64,000 nt of DNA from Utricularia gibba. Taxonomy: Eukaryota > Plantae > Magnoliophyta. Position numbers and translations under genes: made by a program. The stretch's first letter is position 1. Each line of letters begins with the position of its first letter. The notes under the pieces are model-generated. The model worked only from the letters and a program-made list of their open reading frames with translations, was not told where the DNA came from and ran no database searches. Positions 1 through 13,904 of the stretch are shown here, piece after piece. The stretch covers positions 992,001 to 1,056,000 of the forward strand of contig CM007990.1 in assembly GCA_002189035.1 (NCBI GenBank). The letters run 5' to 3'.

Positions 1-39
1 ATGGCAGCTCTGAGGTAACTAGACATTGGTGATTTCCAC

Positions 40-669
40 CTTGTCAGCCACAGAAGTCCATTTGTACAACTCGAGGAGCCCTTGGCAGTTCTTTCATCTT
101 CTTCTTGCACCATAGAGTATAAGTGGTTGTACTTCGTTGGATTTGAAGCATACTTGTTCTCTAATCTCTGCAAAACTCATGTATGACAATGTTTACAGGA
201 TTCAATATTAGACACCTGAGTCAAAAAATGATGCTTATGTCTCAAGATGAAATGTATTCGAAACGAATAGCGAACCGTTATGTTGCCCCCAATATCAGAC
301 TTCACAAGGACCATTGCGGATCCGAACTTATCTGCAGACATCCAAAACTAAAAACATAAAGCAGAGAGCTTAATAAATCCCATTGAAAAGGCAGATAGTT
401 TTCATAATCTTCTCAGTTTTTCATTGTGAAACACCATTCTCCACTCATCTTAGATCTTCCAAGCTAGAAACTTAACACTCCCACACCCTTTTCAGAGAAG
501 GTAGGAAGTATATGAAAGTGAAATGAAGATGGAATCAACTCCTGAACATACCTATAACTGGGAGGATAAGCTTGCAGACATCTAAGAACTGTTTAGTCAG
601 AATCACTCCATCTTCTGACTTGACATGCTTCATTCCTTCCAGTGCAGGAGTGAAAGCTGTGCCTTCCAT
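40..669 (-). CDS. GLTP1: Glycolipid transfer protein; 5' part only, gene runs off the left edge. Exons 669-552, 331-276, 167-40
   Basis: Manual splicing with GT-AG junctions gives MEGTAFTPALEGMKHVKSEDGVILTKQFLDVCKLILPVI/DKFGSAMVLVKSDIGGNIT/RLENKY...KGSSSCTNGLLWLTR, matching plant GLTP1. Missed by the ORF track. Confidence 0.92.
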
Positions 670-2036
670 TATGTGCTTAGCTTCACAAATTACCCTTCAA
701 GAACACAAGCAGTTCATAACATTTCTGCCCACAATTAAGACTAAACAGATGGTCTCCAGAAGAATAGCCGCAACACAACAAAGTCAAGACACGAGTGCCC
801 TGATCCAGATTTTTTCAATCACATTTTTCGCGATTATTGGGAATCGAGGATAGTTGATCAAAATCTTCGCATTAAATAGTAAACACCCAAAAGATAACAT
901 CGTGAAAAAATCATAAAAATCGCATCTTTCGTGATCAGAGAAACTGGAACATAAAGGAACTAGGTGAAGATCCGTACTCAGTGCGAAGATCTAGCAAAAA
1001 CACCACCAAGAACACAAACGGGTCGCGTCGCCGGCTTGTGGTTTTGATTCGGTTTCAGTCAACTTTCAAAGTGCATTTCTTTTTCCTATATTCTTCTGCT
1101 CCTTTATTCTATTCCAAGAGGCAAGAAATAACTTTGTTTAAAAAGGCAATAAACCTACATTTCCTTTCCCGTGGTTGTCTGGGAGCAATTCAGAAGCGTT
1201 CTCCATCGATAGATTTCTGTATTTGTTCGAAGAAAAATTGAACCTTTCATTTCATCAGTAATTTTTCTTCCTACGTGCAGGGGAAGATGCCCCTTTTAGC
1301 GATATCACGGTTCTGAAGATGATGCATGATCAACTTCCTCCCATTGGAAGGGGCACCTTTTGTTCCTTTTTTTGCAGAATGCCATTGTTCCAGCATAACG
1401 ATACGAGCCTGAGCAGACAAAAGAGCAGCAACCCTGTACCCAGATCAGCTGATTGCATAACGTTGGCTTCACCGTTCAGTGCAGCCATTTATCTTACCAT
1501 GGCAGTTACACAGCTGCATCTCGGATAGAACCCAAGTGCTAGTTAGGCGAGTGAGTCTCCATTTAAAAGTTTCAAGGTGAATCTGTGTTTGTACACGTGA
1601 AACTCAAATCCAATGAGTTGAATGCTATCTGGAGATCAGATGGTTCGGTATTTGTTTTTCTAGATACAAGATGTTGTCGTCATCAGCTTGTCTTTTTACA
1701 TACCAATAAGACTATCGATTTCTTGACTCGTACGAAGTTTGGTTCCAAAGATGACGAGAAAACATAAAACTTGTGAAGACACAAAAGGAAACAGATGACA
1801 GGATGAGCACGAGAAGCTTCCTAAAACAGAACGAGTTGCGGAAGAAGATGCATTGTACCTGAATACTCTTGTTATAACTACCTACAAGACATGTTAGAGA
1901 AATTTGTAGCTTCTCAAGGAACCTTAATCAATCATCGCACCCGCCCGCGTGTCTGCGCACTATATATCTGCGCCCCCACACACGCAATCCATCCCCAGAA
2001 CACAGAAAGCGAGATTAGTTCAGTCGGTAAGGGCCG

Positions 2037-3421
2037 ATGGGTCTGAAAGACATCGGAGAGACGCTCCCGCCCGGGTTCCGATTCTCCCCCAGCGACCAGG
2101 AGCTCGTCTGCCACTACCTCTACAAGAAGATCGCTAACCAACACCTCCCCACCGGAACCCTCGTCGAGATCGACCTCCATACGTGTGAGCCATGGATGCT
2201 TCCAGGTAAGCACCGCCCACTTGTCAAAATCCATGAACCAGAATAGGGATGACATGCATCGGGTTTTGCATCATCTCTGCAAGTCTTCTTCCTTTGCGTT
2301 TAAAGAAGATCCATTCCTCAAACGCACAAACCCCAGTCTTTTCCTCCTCTCTTTTTCCCGGTTTTCCTTGCAAAAGTTCCATCCTTCCAACTTCCTACCT
2401 TCCGTACACACAATTATGATACTTTTCATATGATAATTTAAATATTAAATTATTTATGACATAAATTTATATAATATGTTTTTTTATATATCGTTTTTAG
2501 AATAAATGAAAAAAAAACTAATTTTGTTTATTGTAATAGAATTGATTTTAATAAATTAGAAATTTAGTTAGAATCATTTTTAATTTTTTTCTCGTTTAAA
2601 ACTTAATAATAAAAATACTTTTGAAATGTTTTCTTAAAGCATAATTTATTATGAACACATGTAAAACTCAAGTAATTAATAATAAATATAGTTGGAAATT
2701 AATCCAATTATTTAAAAACTTAACAAATCTATCAAAACAATTTGCTCTGGTTTCTCTGCGTAGATGTCGCGAAGCTGAACTCGGAGGAGTGGTACTTCTT
2801 CAGCTTCCGTGACCGGAAATACGTGACGGGGTTCCGGGCGAACAGGGCCACGGCGAGGGGGTACTGGAAGGCGACGGGGAAGGACCGGCCGGTGGTGGAC
2901 GCGGCGACGCGGGGGTGGTGGGAATGAGGAAGACACTGGTTTTCTACAACCACAGAGCTCCCAACGGCGTGAAGACCGGTTGGATACTCCACGAGTTCCG
3001 TCTGGAAAACCCCGGATTGCCTCCCAAGGTACGCAACAACCCCTTCCCTTGAACCAGGCGCCGGACACCAGGAACAGAATCTCCATGTCTCGTCTCCTTA
3101 CTGAAGCTGTTGATTTTCGGCCCTCTCCTGCGTTCTCAGGAGGACTGGGTGTTATGCAGAGTGTTCAAAAAATCAAGATCGCCTCCTTGGGAAGGCCCCA
3201 CGGGGAGACTGATCGCTCCACGGGATGACTCCGGCGAGGCCACTTCTTCTGATGCTCCATTGATCAAGCCCGGTATCGGACACCCAGCTCACCTGACGGC
3301 GGCTCCTTCCGGGCCCAAGTGCGAGGAGGACTATGGGTTCCTGCTTGATCTGTGCGACCCCAATGAGATCGGCTTCCGCCACCCGACCATCGGAGACGAC
3401 AGCAGCTCCGTTTTCATGTGA
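2037..3421 (+). CDS. NAC-domain transcription factor (ANAC074-like); exons 2037-2205, 2764-3028, 3140-3421; one apparent frameshift at 2911-2915
   Basis: [54 protein letters not shown] and EDWVLCRVF motifs. Adding one G to the GGGGG run restores [12 protein letters not shown]. Confidence 0.93.
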
Positions 3422-3888
3422 AATTCCGGCGGGGTTAGATGCACACATACATTATTACAAGGTATAAGGTTTTTTTTTCTCGTAATATATTTGTTTGATA
3501 ATACATTGTAATTTGATCGTATTAATTGTGATTGTAATTAGATTGTAATTCTTTAATGAATAATTAATGATCTTGTGTTTAATTAATATTTTAAAATTGA
3601 ATTTAATCCATTCTTCGATTTATTAATAATCTTGAATTGAATAATTTTTAATCAACACATTGTAAATATTTAAATTTCATTTTTTAAAATTTTTATTATT
3701 AAGAAAGTACAAGAAAAACATGAATTTGAATTAAATTGAATTTAATTATGAATTATACCTTCAATTTGAAAACAATTTATTTAATATGAATTTTGCAATT
3801 ATATTTATATAAAATTGTCATATTTTATGTTATTTTCTGTAAATGAACTTTTATGTAAATGGGCGTTGTTAGCGAGACCCAATAAGAA

Positions 3889-3914
3889 AGCCCAATAGTA
3901 GGCAAGAAGCCCAA
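3889..3914. promoter_or_regulatory. Two site II-like elements (AGCCCA = TGGGCT reverse) upstream of the JmjC gene
   Basis: AGCCCAA at about 3889 and 3908, roughly 200 bp upstream of the ATG at 4098. Confidence 0.45.
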
Positions 3915-4097
3915 TTGTTGATCCGGGCGGGATGGGCATCTCCGCGTTGCATCTCCGGGGGGTACACGGGCTGCGTTTCGTCTCTGTATTTGATTTCTTG
4001 TCTGGAGGGAACTTCGGAGCTGTTGGGAATCCGGGCGGTTTCTTCGGGGGATGTTGATATACAGGTTTAAAGTGCGCTGTTTGTGTTCTTAGGGCTC

Positions 4098-6312
4098 ATG
4101 GATATCACGCGATCTAGGAGTGATGTGGGAGTTATCAAAGAAGAAGACCTTGCCGTTCCTCCGGGGTTTCCGCCCCGGACTTGTTTTTCGTTGCGGCGGT
4201 TGGAGAATGGCGACGAGGGTACTTTCCCTATGGAGGTGGATGGGCAGTCATCATCTGCTTGTCAGGAGCAGCTCAACGCCTGTATACAAACTCAAGCTGA
4301 GGTTAGGATGCTAATGTTTTGACTGTGTGATGGATTTCTTGGTAATTGTTTCTTCAATCCCATTGCTTAGAGAGGTTATTTTGATGTGGTTTGCAGGTCA
4401 CTCAGAATCAGCCCCTCTCCTCGTTGAAGATTGATGATGCCCCTGTATTCTATCCATCTGAAAAGGTTCTCTTCTTCTATCCTGTTCACTGACAGACACC
4501 ATGGTTTGGAAATCAGTATGAGTTTCTACTGTTGCAGGAGTTTGAGGACACCTTGAATTACATAGCCAATATACGCCCAGTAGGTGAAAGATATGGACTA
4601 TGCCGTATTGTCCCACCAGCTTCTTGGAGGCCTCCACATTCTTTTGATGATAAACTGACATTGGAATCCGAAACAGCTGGTGTGAACTCCAAGTATGATT
4701 GTGGATCTAAGTTTACAGTGAAAAGCTTTAAGAAATATGCAAATGACCTGAAGAAGCTATACTTCTCGAATGGTAGAGTTTATGAGCCCCCGGACGTTGA
4801 AAAAATTGAGGCTGAATATTGGCGTCTCGTTGACAGTGCTGATAAAGAAAGAGAGGTACTCTTGTAATGTATTACTTGCCGCTTTGAAGCCATCTCTGTC
4901 AAGTGTTTTCCTTGTCTGTGTTCGTGATATTGAATACCACTGTAATATCCAGGCCTTGCGAAGTCCGTTATTCATCAAAGCCAGTCCATGTGAAGCTGCT
5001 GATGAATACTTGGGGTGTGGATGGAACTTGAGGAACATTCCCAAGCACCCATTTTCTCTTCTCCCATTTGGATGCTACAGCGACTCCACGGCACTTGCTC
5101 CTAGATTGTCCATAGGCGTGTGCTTTACATCACAATTTTGGGTAAGACCCTGAATCCACAGATTGCTTGGAATGTGATCAGCTGATTGTCTTGGGTAGGA
5201 TGCTGCATTCATTCTTTTCTTGTGTCATTGTTCGGAGAAACAGAAAAATGAGGAGCACCACCTGTATTCCCTCTCTTACATTCACACTGGAGAGCCTAAA
5301 TTGTGGTATTGCGTCCCGGGAAGATACTGTTTCAAGTTTCTGGAAGTTGCACGGAGGTTATCTCAGTCATCACTGAACCCGGCATTCCTGCATGAGCTCG
5401 TGAGTTTTACCTTAGGATTCTGTTGGTTACTGCCGGTAGAAAACTTTTCTTCAAAGTTGTTTCATCAGCCTATCATGGTCTCCTGCATTCTGTATTTCAG
5501 GGCATTCAGATTCCCCCATGGGCTCTGATACACGAGGGTATATCTGTATGCAAGTGTGTGCAGAAGCCCAATGAGTTGGTACTCATCTTCCCTGGAGCCT
5601 ACCGCACTGAAATTTGTTGTGGCTTCAGTTGCTCTGAAGCATCATGTTTTGCTCCCTTCGATTGGCTCCCTCATGGCCAAAACATAATCGAGCATTACTC
5701 CGAATACGGTATCAAGCCCCTGATCTCTCAGGATAAGCTGTTGGTAGAAGCAGCTACACAAGCTGTTAAAGCAGAATGGGCATCGTTGGCCCAAAAAGAC
5801 ACCTCCTCCTCCACTCAAATGTGGAGAAAGCTGATTCACAAGAATGGTATACTCACCAAGTTACTCAAGGTATGTCATGGCATGCTACTGCTCTGCTGCC
5901 CTTGTATTGATTCATATAGCATCTGAGATACTCACTGCAGAGCCGTGTTAAAATCGAAGCCATACGGAGGAAGCACGTAAGCGATGGTTTGGATAGCGAG
6001 GCATTCAAAGATGGCAGCACTCTGGCTACAAGGGAGTGCAGCATTTGCTTCTATGATCTGTACATTTCAGGCATATCGTGCTCATGTTCTCCAGATCGAT
6101 ACGTCTGCCTGCGCCATTCCAAGAGGCTTTGCTCTTGTCCTTGGATTTCCAAGCGTTTGGTATTCAGGTACACAATGCCTGAGTTAGAGCTCCTTGTCCA
6201 GGCCGTGGAAGGTAACCTGCCAGCAGTCTACAACTGGGTGAAGAAAAGGCCCCATCAACAAGCGCGGCATTCCATTCCAAGTGCAGGATCTGCAGAAAAA
6301 ACAGCAGAATAA
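4098..6312 (+). CDS. JmjN/JmjC/C5HC2-zinc-finger protein, KDM5 group (JMJ19-like), predicted catalytically inactive
   Basis: JmjN (APVFYPSEK/EFEDTLNYIANIRPVGERYGLCRIVPPASW), JmjC (GWNLRN, LYSLSYIHTGEPKLWY, CVQKPNELVLIFPGAY, FAPFDWLPHG) and C5HC2 finger (RECSICFYDLYISGISCSCSPDRYVCLRH). Multiple GT-AG introns; no FYR domains before the stop at 6312. Confidence 0.88.
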
Positions 6313-6777
6313 TGATTCTAGATGAAAATATAGCTGATCCATCTCCGGTCTCGGGTGCATCTAACCGGTCCCTGGCTATTTTGCTGCCGGGACATTACCT
6401 TCAATAGATGAGAAAAAGATCCAACAGTCTTGTAGTGACATTGGCGAGTGAGACAACAGAATGAATGAATGACATGGGTGGAACTGATCCCAAACGACAA
6501 GAAAAAATGTGAAATGATGTGTGTGGGTTAGGAGTGCGGGATGAGAGAGGCTGGTCTCATAGTAACAAGAACTTGGAATAGCTGTTCCATGGGGGTAACT
6601 CTTTCGAAGACAAACAGCACAGAATTCGGCCTTTTCAAAGCTTCCTTATGGTTTCCCTTTTATCAGTTCACTCTATATCTGTCTCCATTGGAAACATCAT
6701 GTTCACAAAGCTTTACAGAGCCCCTTTCACATCAAAGTATCATACAGCTTCTGTGTAAGTTAATGAAGGCATCAAAA

Positions 6778-9525
6778 TCACTGGCTCGTGGTGTGCTTAC
6801 GAATCGGCAGTGGATGTGCTTCGGTGTTGAAAACATACTCATCCAGTGGAATCACATCACTCTCCCCAAACAGCAAATACAAGTACTTCAGTGTCTCTCC
6901 CAGGAAAAAGGTCTCCATCTTGTCTCTTGTAGGGGGAGGAATCACAGTTACATCATCAAGGGAAGTGTAACCTCCGGATTCAACCCTGGTGTACTTCTCA
7001 AATGACTCGAAAATCTGCCAGCCCCAGTCACGATATCTGCACACATAACAATGATTGTGGGGATCTCAGATGATGAAGCTGCAGGAGCAACGGAAAGGAC
7101 GCACCTTTGATTTCCTGTGATGCGGAAAAGGATGAAAAGTGATTCAACCGTTTCAGGACGCAGGAGGTTATGACGGTCAGCTGGTTTTATTACTATGTCT
7201 TCTGCATATTTGGACTTTGTGTTAGCAGCCTCATTGTTACCTTCCTTACCTCCCTGAAATGATGTAAATGACCAGTAACCACAGTGCACAAGTAGTAATT
7301 CAAAGGGTAGGATGAGCACAAGACCACATACACGAGCTTACCTCAATATTGAAGTAGGCTATTTCTGGAGCAAGGCCAGTAGCCGTCAGAGAGTACATCT
7401 CAAAGCATGTTTTAGCAAGATCTTCAGCTAGCTGTAAATTTTCAAGATCCTTGAATGTTAGCAGGTTTTCTCTCATGGCCTTCTCCTTTGTCAAGCCCTT
7501 AGTCGCACCAAGAGCAAGGGTACCTGGAAGAAAACATACCTGGCCAATAGAAACCAGAATCCGTTCAACAATCTAGCAGAAAAAAACTGATGCAAGACAC
7601 TCTCTGCAGTCCATCGGAAGTAGGCCAAAGATTCACACTAGCGCATGGGTGTGGAAACTAGAGATAAAAACACACCAGGTGATCCATCTTTGGGCTAAAA
7701 GCACCTTGAGGTCCATTTGGAAGTTCGCCAACGAAGACCAACCCATTTGGCACTGTTTTTCGGACGAGAAGCTCTTTCACACCTTCCATTGCTTCTACAT
7801 ACATATCGTGAAGATATGTCAAATTACTTCCTTCATTTTGAAGCCACACTTTCAAGAGATACTCATAGTAACTATCGCCACGAGATCCAAGTCTGATGTT
7901 CTGCCCGCTAAATTCACCAGTATGAGGGCTGCAAGGAGTACACTTTCATCATTCATTGCAAACAATATTCATTAGGCAGTTTTTAAGCGCACCAAACACA
8001 TTGCAATCCTGCCATGGCATAATCATAAATGAAATCAGAGTCTCGAATGCGAGATTTCACCCATCAAGGAAGTCTATAACAAGATTCTGAAAGCAATAAA
8101 TGAGTTTCATTCATTAAGCAGTATTAAGAAGCATGGCTGGTAAAGAGAACAGTATCCTTACTTGATGTATATAGGAACAAGCCCCTTAAACTTTGGCAGA
8201 GTCCTCATATGCTGCAAAACCTTCATGGCCTCCACTGTATACTTAGGGTCTCCTGTCAGAAAACTGATATAGTTGAACTCGAGCTGGAGGGTGGAAACTT
8301 CGGCGGTGCTACTCAATCCGTCAGGAGCAGGATGAGCAGATTTTCCATGAAGATCCACATCACTGAATGGAATAGCAGATAAACTTGATGTAAAGGCAAG
8401 CAGAAGACGATCAGCCAATTTCCTTGCATTTTCGAGATATATAGCTGGGTTAGGTTGTCCTGTCAAAGCACTGCCACCATGGCCATTAATACTCAAGTGA
8501 TAGGCACTAAGAAGACCACCCAAAATGCGTATTGTGGTTTCAAATAAATTCACTTGGCCTTTCTCATCTATCCTCTGGGAAAGATTCTTTTCAATCCAAG
8601 TTCCAGCCTCACGAACAATTTCATCAACCCCTAATATCATGGCCGTATCGAGAGCATCCACAATAGTCGCTCCAAGACCTCCTAAGCCATCAACTCCTCT
8701 CTTGCTTAATGGCATAAGTTCATCATAACCCATGGCAAACCCATGGTAGCCTGCCCAAGCATGTATAAAAGAATGTTTAACTCTAAGTTGTCTAGCATTC
8801 CAGTCAATGCTAGAATCAGTGGCATTAGATTTTATCCTAGATGCTATCTCATCAGGTGACAAACGAGGTGGAAGCCGAGGTCGTGTTCTCCAAAACCTTC
8901 TAAATCTACCACTTCCATCAGTGAAAAAGCTTCCTACTTCTTCTGTCCCCATATTGCTTGCTAAACCATCCGATGAGGGAACAACCCTAGCATGTGCTAG
9001 CAAGAGATAGGAAACACCTAGAATCATTAACAGTGCAAGAAACATTCCAGTACTGCATTGCAATCGACATGGTTTTGCATCGATGCCTTGAATACCATTC
9101 ATGACCACCTAAAGGAAATCTAGAAAAAGTGAGTCTCTCGATTCAGGTACCTAAAGCGAACAACCCATATCACTTGAAAACATACCAGAGCCAAAAATTA
9201 AAAATTTTGGTGGAAAATTTACAATGGAAATGGCAATGCACGGCAAGACAAAAAATTTCCAAAAAAAGAATAAATCTTCCACCCCTGTGTCTTTCTGTCC
9301 CCACCATATAACATTCAATGGAACCCAATCTAGAACATCACAAAGATCATAAACTAACTACTTGATCAAGCCAATGAAGAGAACCCAAAGGAACATAATT
9401 TGAAAGAGATAGAGACGGAGGAGGGGGGTTGAGGAAGAAAGGGGAACCTTCATTAAAGAGCGCCGGCGGAACTTCGCATTATCATAAGGTAAATCTTTCG
9501 TTGAATACGGCAGCGGCCTCGACAT
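6778..9525 (-). CDS. MNS3: Class I alpha-1,2-mannosidase (GH47), MNS3
   Basis: N-terminus [24 protein letters not shown] segment, [48 protein letters not shown], and C-terminal [10 protein letters not shown]...FNTEAHPLP. Confidence 0.95.
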
Positions 9526-10036
9526 AGTCCCCTTCCGAGCAAATAGCAAAAACGATTTGGAGCAATATATTTCAGCGGCCCAAAATCAAGAGAATATGCA
9601 CCTGTAGTTTGGGATTCAATAAAACCTACTCTCATCAGTCGGCAAAGAGAGCACAGAAGCTCTACGCAGCTACAACAGACAACGCATTTCACAGGAAAAG
9701 AGCATAGAAGTAAACCACGGAATCGGCACTTTTCTAGAAAATGCCCACCACACTAGTCAATATTAACTATTCACAGGAAAGGAAACTTCAAGCTCCGGTT
9801 TTAACACATAAAAGCTCCCATGATTTCTACTACATAAAGACTTCAATTAAAAATTAAAAACCAACGTTCACAAGATCACTTTACAAACAAAAACACGGCA
9901 AATTACATTGCAGAATCTACAAACGAACCTTGCTGCACGGAGAGAATGGAAGTTCGCCGATCACAGCGACAGTAAGTAGGCCGCGCGCAGCTTCTGGTGC
10001 CGGGTGGAGAATCGAGAGGTACCCTCCCCTTCCGAC

Positions 10037-10045
10037 AAACCCTAG
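10037..10045. promoter_or_regulatory. Telo-box (AAACCCTAG) in the MNS3 leader region
   Basis: Exact AAACCCTA in a GC-rich stretch about 500 bp upstream of the MNS3 ATG. Confidence 0.35.
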
Positions 10046-11342
10046 GATGAGGACCAATTGCAACAGGTCGCCATGGAAGAACTCTGATCTGTAAGGCGCC
10101 GAACTGCCGATGTACGTAAGAAAAAAAAAATAGTAATAATAAAAAACAGACAGCGCTTGAATGATGTGGCCGCTTTTGATTGGCCGGAGACGCTGGGTTC
10201 GGTTGAAGCTATTGAAATTATTCAGATGGAATAATTTGGTTGACTATATATTCTTTGATGCGATTTGTAAAAAAAAATTTTAATTTTTTAATAATTTAAG
10301 GCATTTTTTTTAAACATATTAATCAAACATAATATAATTTTAAATACATATATTCAAATCTATATACCAAATAACCTTTAATTTTAATCACACATTGCAT
10401 CTTTATTTCCAAGGATACCCTGTCTTTTTTTATTAAATTTTTTGATGGAATTTGCTATTGACACCTCAATTTATAGTTACTATAAAAACTCTAATCTTCA
10501 AGTGGTAAATTATAGTCACTTTAACTTACATTTTTTGTAAATAGTTTATTATCAAAATTATGAAATTACGTATTTAATTTTTCATGTAATCAAAATTAAC
10601 CAATTTTGATCTCTAATATCATTTTAATGGTGTATCATTATAAGTACTATCTATAATTTCCATTCTTACTCCTGTCCTATTTTTGCTATACTTTGAAAAT
10701 CACGATGTACGAACGTAATATAATCCTAACAATAGATTTTGATTCATTGAATTTAATATATAAATACAAAAAATCTTATTATAAAATTTTGTTAAGTGTA
10801 AAATCATAATTGATTCATGACATCGTAAATCGATTCACGATCTAAAATTTTGAAAAAAAACATTTGGATCTTCCCTTAATGAATATAACAACTTAAGATA
10901 TATTTTTTACAATTATAAAACTTAGGAATTAGATTCTTTATACTAATTGAAATGTGTTATTTTTACAATTTTCACTTAAATTTTTATAGTAGTTACAAGA
11001 TGAATTGGATATTCAAAACTGTAGCAGCAGTATAAACAAAACAGGAGGATTTATTCAGCTCATCGTGGTACAAGTAACAAGATGAAGTGAATGCAATTCG
11101 GACAAAGACTAGGAAACCACTCAACAAGTGTAGCAGATAAACAAATTTACATACATGCCATTTACAGACAGGGACAGAGACATGCAAAAGCAGGGACTGT
11201 TTTGCATGGATAGAACGAACCAAGGAAGAGTGGAGGATAGTTTCTGGTTTATTGCACCCAAAGCTCTAAGCATTTGAAACAAAAAAACTCACTCACAAAA
11301 TGGATTGGTTTGGATGGGTTTGGGTTGCATTGCTTGCTTCCA

Positions 11343-13904
11343 TCACCTCCCTCTTGCACTGGCACTATCGCGTTGGTTTCTGAAGTGGCTGAGGAGCTGC
11401 TGAGCCTGATGGAAGAGATGAAGCTCATGTTATGGTAGATGAGTAAAAAGGGGAGGTGGGGTGTTGGAGATTCACACCTTTTCTTTAGCTCTCGGTGTGC
11501 CGGTTTGCGACAACGCGACAAGCGGCGGAACGGCTCCTTCTTGCAGGATGCACCGGCAGTATTTGGGGTTGTTGATGCACAGCTGCAAAAGTATAGCTGC
11601 TGCATTCTCCTTCCCACGCTGTGATCCTGTCTCCACGATCTCAACAAGTAATGGTATGCCCTCTTCATGAGCGATGGCGGAGCACCCTTCTGCAATGGTG
11701 GACAGGTTTGCTAGAAGGGCGACTGCTTTGTCGGCCATTTCGGATTCAGGGTCTAGCAGATCTACCAGATACTTGATGGCTCCCGCTTGAACAATGCGAG
11801 CTTTGTTCTCGTGGTATACCGATAGGCTGTACAGTGCAGTTGCAGCATCTTTCTTCCCTCGGAGAGTGCCGAATCGTAAGAGATCGATCAGCCCTTTTAT
11901 GGCACCTGATCGGCCTATCTTAATCCTGTAGTCTTCCAGGAGTGAAATACTGAACAGAGCAGCAGCAGCATTCTCCTTGGCTCCAGGATTTCCAGTTTCC
12001 AGGACGTGAATAAGTGGTTCCAGAGCATTGCTCTTTGCGATCTTCACCTTGTTCTTTTCATTGAGTGACAGATTCAGGAGAGCGGTGACAGCATGTTCCT
12101 GTATCAACTCCACATCTGAGTGCAAAAGTGAGATCAATGGCGGAATAGCTCCACATTCCCCGATCATAGCTCGGTTATCCATGTTATACTTTGCAAGAAA
12201 CCGTAGCTCTGCTGATGCAGCAGTTTGTATCTCCTTTGAGTCATTCCCCAAGCCTCTGATCAGCTTTTCGATATGGGAATCCGTGGAGAGGTCATTGCAC
12301 TCGGTGTCAGATGGAAGTGAATGTGATCTCGACGAGTTGATGCCCATTTCAGCCATTGTTTTGGAGTTGATATGCTTCTTCTCGGAGAGGGATGTTGAAA
12401 GAGCAGAAGATTTACATCTAGAGTTGGGAGAGCAAGAAGACTTCAGATCATCAGAGAGATCATGAACGCTCTCCTGTTTGCTTGGAATTCTGGAATCAGT
12501 TTCACACATAGCAATATAATCAATGCTGGAAACAGCACTTGAAACTGACTCACTCCTGCTGTGTGCATACGAGTGATCTCTTGAAGATTGATCTAATTTC
12601 TCATTCTCTTCATTAGAAATCAGATACCCTTCTCCCTTATCCTTCTGAAGCTGCTGCCTGACTTCATATGATGATCTTGATGCAGAACCTCCAATTTGCA
12701 GAGAACACAAGAAATCATTTTCATGATTCAGTTTTCTGGAGCTCTGTTGCATCATCTCCCACCCACATTGTTTTCCAGGGTTCTTGGAGATTATCACATT
12801 GTGCTCTTCACACCAAGTTGCTATCAGATCTTTAACAGTGAAATTGGGAATAAGGTTTCTGTGAGAGAGCATCATTCCAGTTTTGGGGCATCTAACCAGT
12901 CCATTATCCATCCATTTCAAAATGGCATAACGCTCATATGTTTGGCCAGAGGCAACAATGACTGGATCTAGCATCAGCTCCAATGACAATGGACAACGAA
13001 AATATGAAGGAACGGATACTCCACATTGAGTTTTGACAGTGTCCATCTTAAGCATGAAATCACGAATATGTGACATAATATCAGAAGCTAGCAGAACCTG
13101 ATCTAAATCCTCTTTGGTTTGAGAATTCTCAGCTGTTTGTTTCTCCTTCTCAATAGCAATAGATTCCATCAGAATTTCATGGCTGGAAGTCAAGCACAAG
13201 GTCTCAGCAATCTTCATAAGCTGTTCAGTAACTACCAAATTCCTGCCTTTTTGACATCTAAGAACCTCTGTAATGCATTCAGAAAGTTCTCCAATCTTCA
13301 GATTTTGAGTCTCTCGCACATAGAACTGAACAGGATATGGGAACAGATACACATTTCAAGTATATTTCGAAGAAAAAAAGGAAGAGAATGATTCAGTATC
13401 AGCATAAGGATATCTCAGTACCTGGGCATCAGAGAAAGTTGAAGTAGCTTTTGAAGATTCCACTTGTCCACATATGCTACAAGAAAGCTTGACAGAAGAA
13501 ACTTGGATTTTCAAGAGCAAAGGCTTACTCTGAAGTACCTGCGGATATGTAAAGAATGGTATCATGAACCGGAAAAATGACCTTTTGTTGAATCAAGTGT
13601 TCATAAAAATTCAGATCCTGTTACTCACAGTTACTATCTTGCTCGATCTAGGAGACCAATTCTCAAGGAATTCTCTAGCTTCATTGACAGATGCGTCTAA
13701 ATCTTCACATGCTTCACACAAAGCCTCACTCAGAGGCAATCTAAGATCAATGAAATTATCGAATACTGGTATCAAATGCTTCAACAAGAAGGCCACACTT
13801 TTATAATCCTTCTGTGCGGGCATTATGCTTGATAGCCCGAAGGTCGCCAGATGAATGAAGCGAGAGATACTGTTTGTGAGACATCTGAATGACGCCGAGT
13901 CCAA
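11343..13904 (-). CDS. U-box/ARM-repeat E3 ubiquitin ligase (PUB2/3/4 class); last intron 11406-11477, last exon 11405-11343
   Basis: U-box (FRCPLSLELMLDPVIVASGQTYER...LIPNFTVKDLI), ARM repeats (AVTALLNLSL, GKKDAATAL, RGKENAAA), UND region (CEDLDASVNEAREFLENWSP) and terminal exon AQQLLSHFRNQR. The expected start reads TTG at 13904. Confidence 0.92.

Noticed and set aside
12028-12971. Long + strand ORFs opposite the U-box gene, and similar antisense ORFs over MNS3, H1, THFS and MFAP1
   Set aside because: These are shadow frames of real coding sequence with no recognisable motifs.
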